A stretch of DNA of 63,767 nucleotides, the filler included, from Octopus bimaculoides (taxonomy: Eukaryota), in the NCBI RefSeq assembly GCF_001194135.2. It is 7 parts of 6 records of this genome, joined end to end, with 100 filler letters (N's around TTAATTAATTAA, not from the genome) between each part and the next. Parts side by side here need not be neighbours in the genome. Positions count along the whole stretch, not along the records: positions 59,288 to 62,576 come from NC_068988.1; positions 62,677 to 63,767 come from NW_026327364.1; 5 more parts are not named here. One strand, given 5' to 3'. Made by a program: the position numbers and the translations under genes. This document shows, in pieces, positions 60,731 to 63,767 of the stretch. Every line of letters starts with the position of its first letter. Position 1 is the first letter of the stretch. The notes below the pieces were generated by a model. That model did not search any database, had not been told where the DNA came from, and saw only the letters and a program-made list of their open reading frames with translations.

Positions 60731-62676
60731 GAATAATAATAATAATAATAATAATAACCACAACAACAACAACACACAAGATGAGGACAAATATCCGTCG
60801 AATGTAAANNNNNNNNNNNNNNNNNNNNNNNNNNNNNNNNNNNNNNNNNNNNNNNNNNNNNNNNNNNNNNNNNNNNNNNNNNNNNNNNNNNNNNNNNNNN
60901 NNNNNNNNNNNNNNNNNNNNNNNNNNNNNNNNNNNNNNNNNNNNNNNNNNNNNNNNNNNNNNNNNNNNNNNNNNNNNNNNNNNNNNNNNNNTAGATGAAC
61001 AGTACTAATGGGATGCAGTTGACAGACAGTCGACAAATATTCACTAGTGGGGGTTATGAATAAATATACTAACTCGTATCTACACCGGGTGTGGATCTAT
61101 ATAATAACCTCTACATTTAGTCTCGCAGTATAATTAAACCCACGACAGCATTTTTGATAGAATGAGATAAGGATCGAAAACAAATTAGTCGGTTCGATCC
61201 TCATAACAAGCTGTTGGAAAAGGTCTTCGTGGGCTTCATTGCACAGGCAGACTATTCATATATGGATACGAGTCAATATATCTATTTCATAACCCACACT
61301 ATAAGTTCTAGAGTAATTTATATAAACTGAAAGACGAGCTCAGTATTTGAATGAGAGGTATGTGTTATAGCTACAACAAACCTGCCCAACAAACAAATAC
61401 ATTCAGAACACACCATACTTAGAATTCTATCACTTCCGTTCAGTTTAGACAAACACGTAAACAACATCGGGACAATGAATGTTGATTCATGAACACAAAC
61501 ACACACGCACATACACGTGCGTGTATGTGTGTAAGGCGAAATTGATAGAGTCGTTCAAATGGTGAATAGAATACCTCGCAGTATTTTTCGATAATTACAC
61601 CATATCTAAACCCTGTGTTGGAAGGCAATCACCGTTGAAGGCTCTATCTGTTGATTAGACTTGCTAGAAACAGCAGCTATATCTTCCACATTTTATCATC
61701 TCAACAAGAACAATGTACACAAGCCAAAGAGGAAGCCCCTATGTAGCTCGTTAGACTTGTTAGAAATAACATACATAATAATCCATAAGAAGATTGTCAC
61801 AACATACACTAAAGTACAGATTCTGAAAGGAAAAAAAAAATATATATATATATATATGATTACGGTTGCATTTGAATAGGTCTCCTCGTTCGTTGTTGAC
61901 TCAAGGTTAAATAACGACGTCACTAACGTATGATATACAATGACTGAAAAAAGAAAGATAGAATGACAGCATTACTTCCTCGGGGCTGAATTGGGTGCTA
62001 TGCAACTGCAACACTTTATGCATTTAAAAGTGGGGACCACGACTTATGTCAACATTAAATTCCAGTTGTACCTCTCCCTAACCGATCATCAGTAATTCTA
62101 CTTCCTCGTAATATTAAAGGGAACTTCTTCATAAAAGCAAAAGTAACAATTCATAAAGTAGCAACTTACATGACAGAAAAGAATGATAAAATCTTATCAT
62201 TTAAAGCTGAAAGGAAAATCAATTCTGAAATCTTGCAGAAGGAATTAATATTAGGAAAATATCAAATTTCTAGCATGTGCAAAGTCGATTTGTTTGGCCT
62301 GACATCTAAGGGGCGGTAACTTCAATTAGTGCTTTACAAATATTACCAATTTTATTATTAAATATATACTATAGTGACTTGGTTAATATAAAGATCTTCA
62401 CTCGTTAACAAAAACCAAAAAAAAAAAAACAGCCTACTGGGTGTTAACAACTGTGTAGAAGACGAAAATGACAAAAACAAAAAAAATACGCAAACGAACC
62501 TGGGGTGTGGGGAGAGGACTTTCGGAAAATTCACAAGATCCGATTTTTCCTTCATAACTTTCGGGAAAATGGATATNNNNNNNNNNNNNNNNNNNNNNNN
62601 NNNNNNNNNNNNNNNNNNNNTTAATTAATTAANNNNNNNNNNNNNNNNNNNNNNNNNNNNNNNNNNNNNNNNNNNN

Positions 62677-62714
<38 letters not shown>

Positions 62715-62719
62715 ATATC

Positions 62720-62862
62720 TGTGTGTGTGTACCAAATCTGGCGGGGCTTTGGTTGGCCCAACGCAATACTAGAAGAGATATGACCAGGGTACGACGCAGT
62801 GGGATTGAATCCGGAATCACGTTCCTGGGAAGCCAAATTCCTACCACACAGCCACGCCTGCG
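62720..62862 (-). mobile_element. SINE family A head
   Basis: GCAGTGGGATTGAATCCGGAATC...CCTACCACACAGCCACGCCTGCG on plus. Confidence 0.8.
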
Positions 62863-62983
62863 GCTATATAACAGAAAGGCAGGAATTTCGATTATCGCCA
62901 CGTGGTGAGAGTTGTAAGATATATAAGAAACTAAAGAAGTAAAACACACACACTTTACATAGTTTTCATCTACTTCTTAATAT

Positions 62984-63422
62984 ATTGACCATGACAGAGA
63001 AAGTTGTCATGGCGATACCTGCTCAGAGGCCTGTGCAAAGTTGCAGAAAGTGTATGGAGAGGAGTGTATGACCCGCACACAAGTGTACGAGTGGTTCTGA
63101 CGCTTCCAAGATGGCCGAAAAATTGTCGATATTGACGAACGTTCTGGGGAAACTCGCCACCAGCAGAACTGAGGAAAACATTGTAGATGTGCATGCAGCT
63201 GTGAGGAGAAATCTTCGAATCACCATCCGTGAAAGTTATCAGAGGATGTGTAGATTAGTTACGGTTCAGTTCAGTCCATTATCCCTGAAGATTTGGGTGT
63301 GAGACGCGTGTCTGCCAAGTCTGTGCCAGAACTGCTTTCAGCTGACCAAAAAAGAAACTCGGGTTTCAGTTGCACAAGATCTCGTTGTATGCGTCGACAA
63401 CGATGAAAACCTTTTGAAAACT
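62984..63422 (+). mobile_element. mariner transposase N-terminal pseudogene fragment
   Basis: DTCSEACAKLQKVYGEECMTRTQVYEWF*RFQDGR...DERSG...RITIRE...DLGVRRVSAK.VP.LLSADQK.TRV. Confidence 0.9.
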
Positions 63423-63696
63423 CTGCGTAGGCCTCTGAGCAGATATCTCCAAATTTTGGCAAAAAATTGATGCAGTTTCTCTACTCAACAGTCTCTTGTC
63501 ATGGTCAATGCCACGATCACATGTGACATATTCCTTTGAAGCACTGCTGCAAACATCAGAAATGAGTTAGAACGTAAAATCTTCGTAGGCAAGCACAGCA
63601 GAATTTAAGATCAATCTGTACCGCGGGGCTTCACCTGGCGGTCTTTAGCTTCTTTACTATGTCAACAGTCCGGATACTTATTGATCAGACCACGGA
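63419..63696 (-). mobile_element. Inverted 5' end (TIR, leader, first codons) of the same mariner family
   Basis: Minus strand CGTGGTCTGATCAATAAGTATCCGGACTG (TIR-like)...ATTGACCATGACAAGAGACTGTTG...GATATCTGCTCAGAGGCCTACGCA, matching 62984-63040. Confidence 0.85.
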
Positions 63697-63767
63697 CACA
63701 TATATATATATATTTATATATATAAGTACACATAAATATATAACATATACAAGCATATATATATATA

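Larger units (their letters stand above)
59288..60808 (+). mobile_element. Penelope/Poseidon-type PLE: GIY-YIG end, pLTR, ORF 5' part, pLTR
   Basis: NCVYSIPCSCGRLYKGET..PLKIRVEEH (59288-59698, one premature TAG); pLTR 59714-59967; KLARLSNHLTFLCRCRDSKLIPPGL, VLNKGLNFATT, PKPNITKEEKFAIKRL; second pLTR from 60651. Confidence 0.92.

Noticed and set aside
61170-61300. GGATCGAA/TTCGATCC hairpin and FDPHNKLLEKV RT-like words
   Set aside because: Too degenerate; may be an old CR1 RT relic but there are no additional clear motifs.

Overview
AT-rich eukaryotic scaffold with many N-gaps, microsatellites and TTAATTAATTAA gap pads. The repeat families look like those of an octopus; this is inferred from repeat content only. 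I found no host protein-coding exon, intact tRNA, rRNA or CRISPR array. The window is intergenic or intronic and filled with decayed mobile elements: six R4/Dong-clade LINE relics, RTE and CR1-like LINE ends, mariner/maT and hAT DNA transposons, several tRNA-derived SINE families, and Penelope-like elements (PLEs). The most notable signal is a set of minimal type-I hammerhead ribozyme motifs in at least three unrelated PLE-type repeats. In one family the pseudo-LTR combines a tRNA-Arg-like Pol III promoter head, (AAT)n, a hammerhead and an (AATGTAAAT)n tail. It sits between the GIY-YIG end and the ORF start of a Penelope/Poseidon-type element, and also occurs alone, once as an inverted dimer with a 12-bp target-site duplication (TSD). 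All protein calls come from manual translation and motif recognition; no database search was run.
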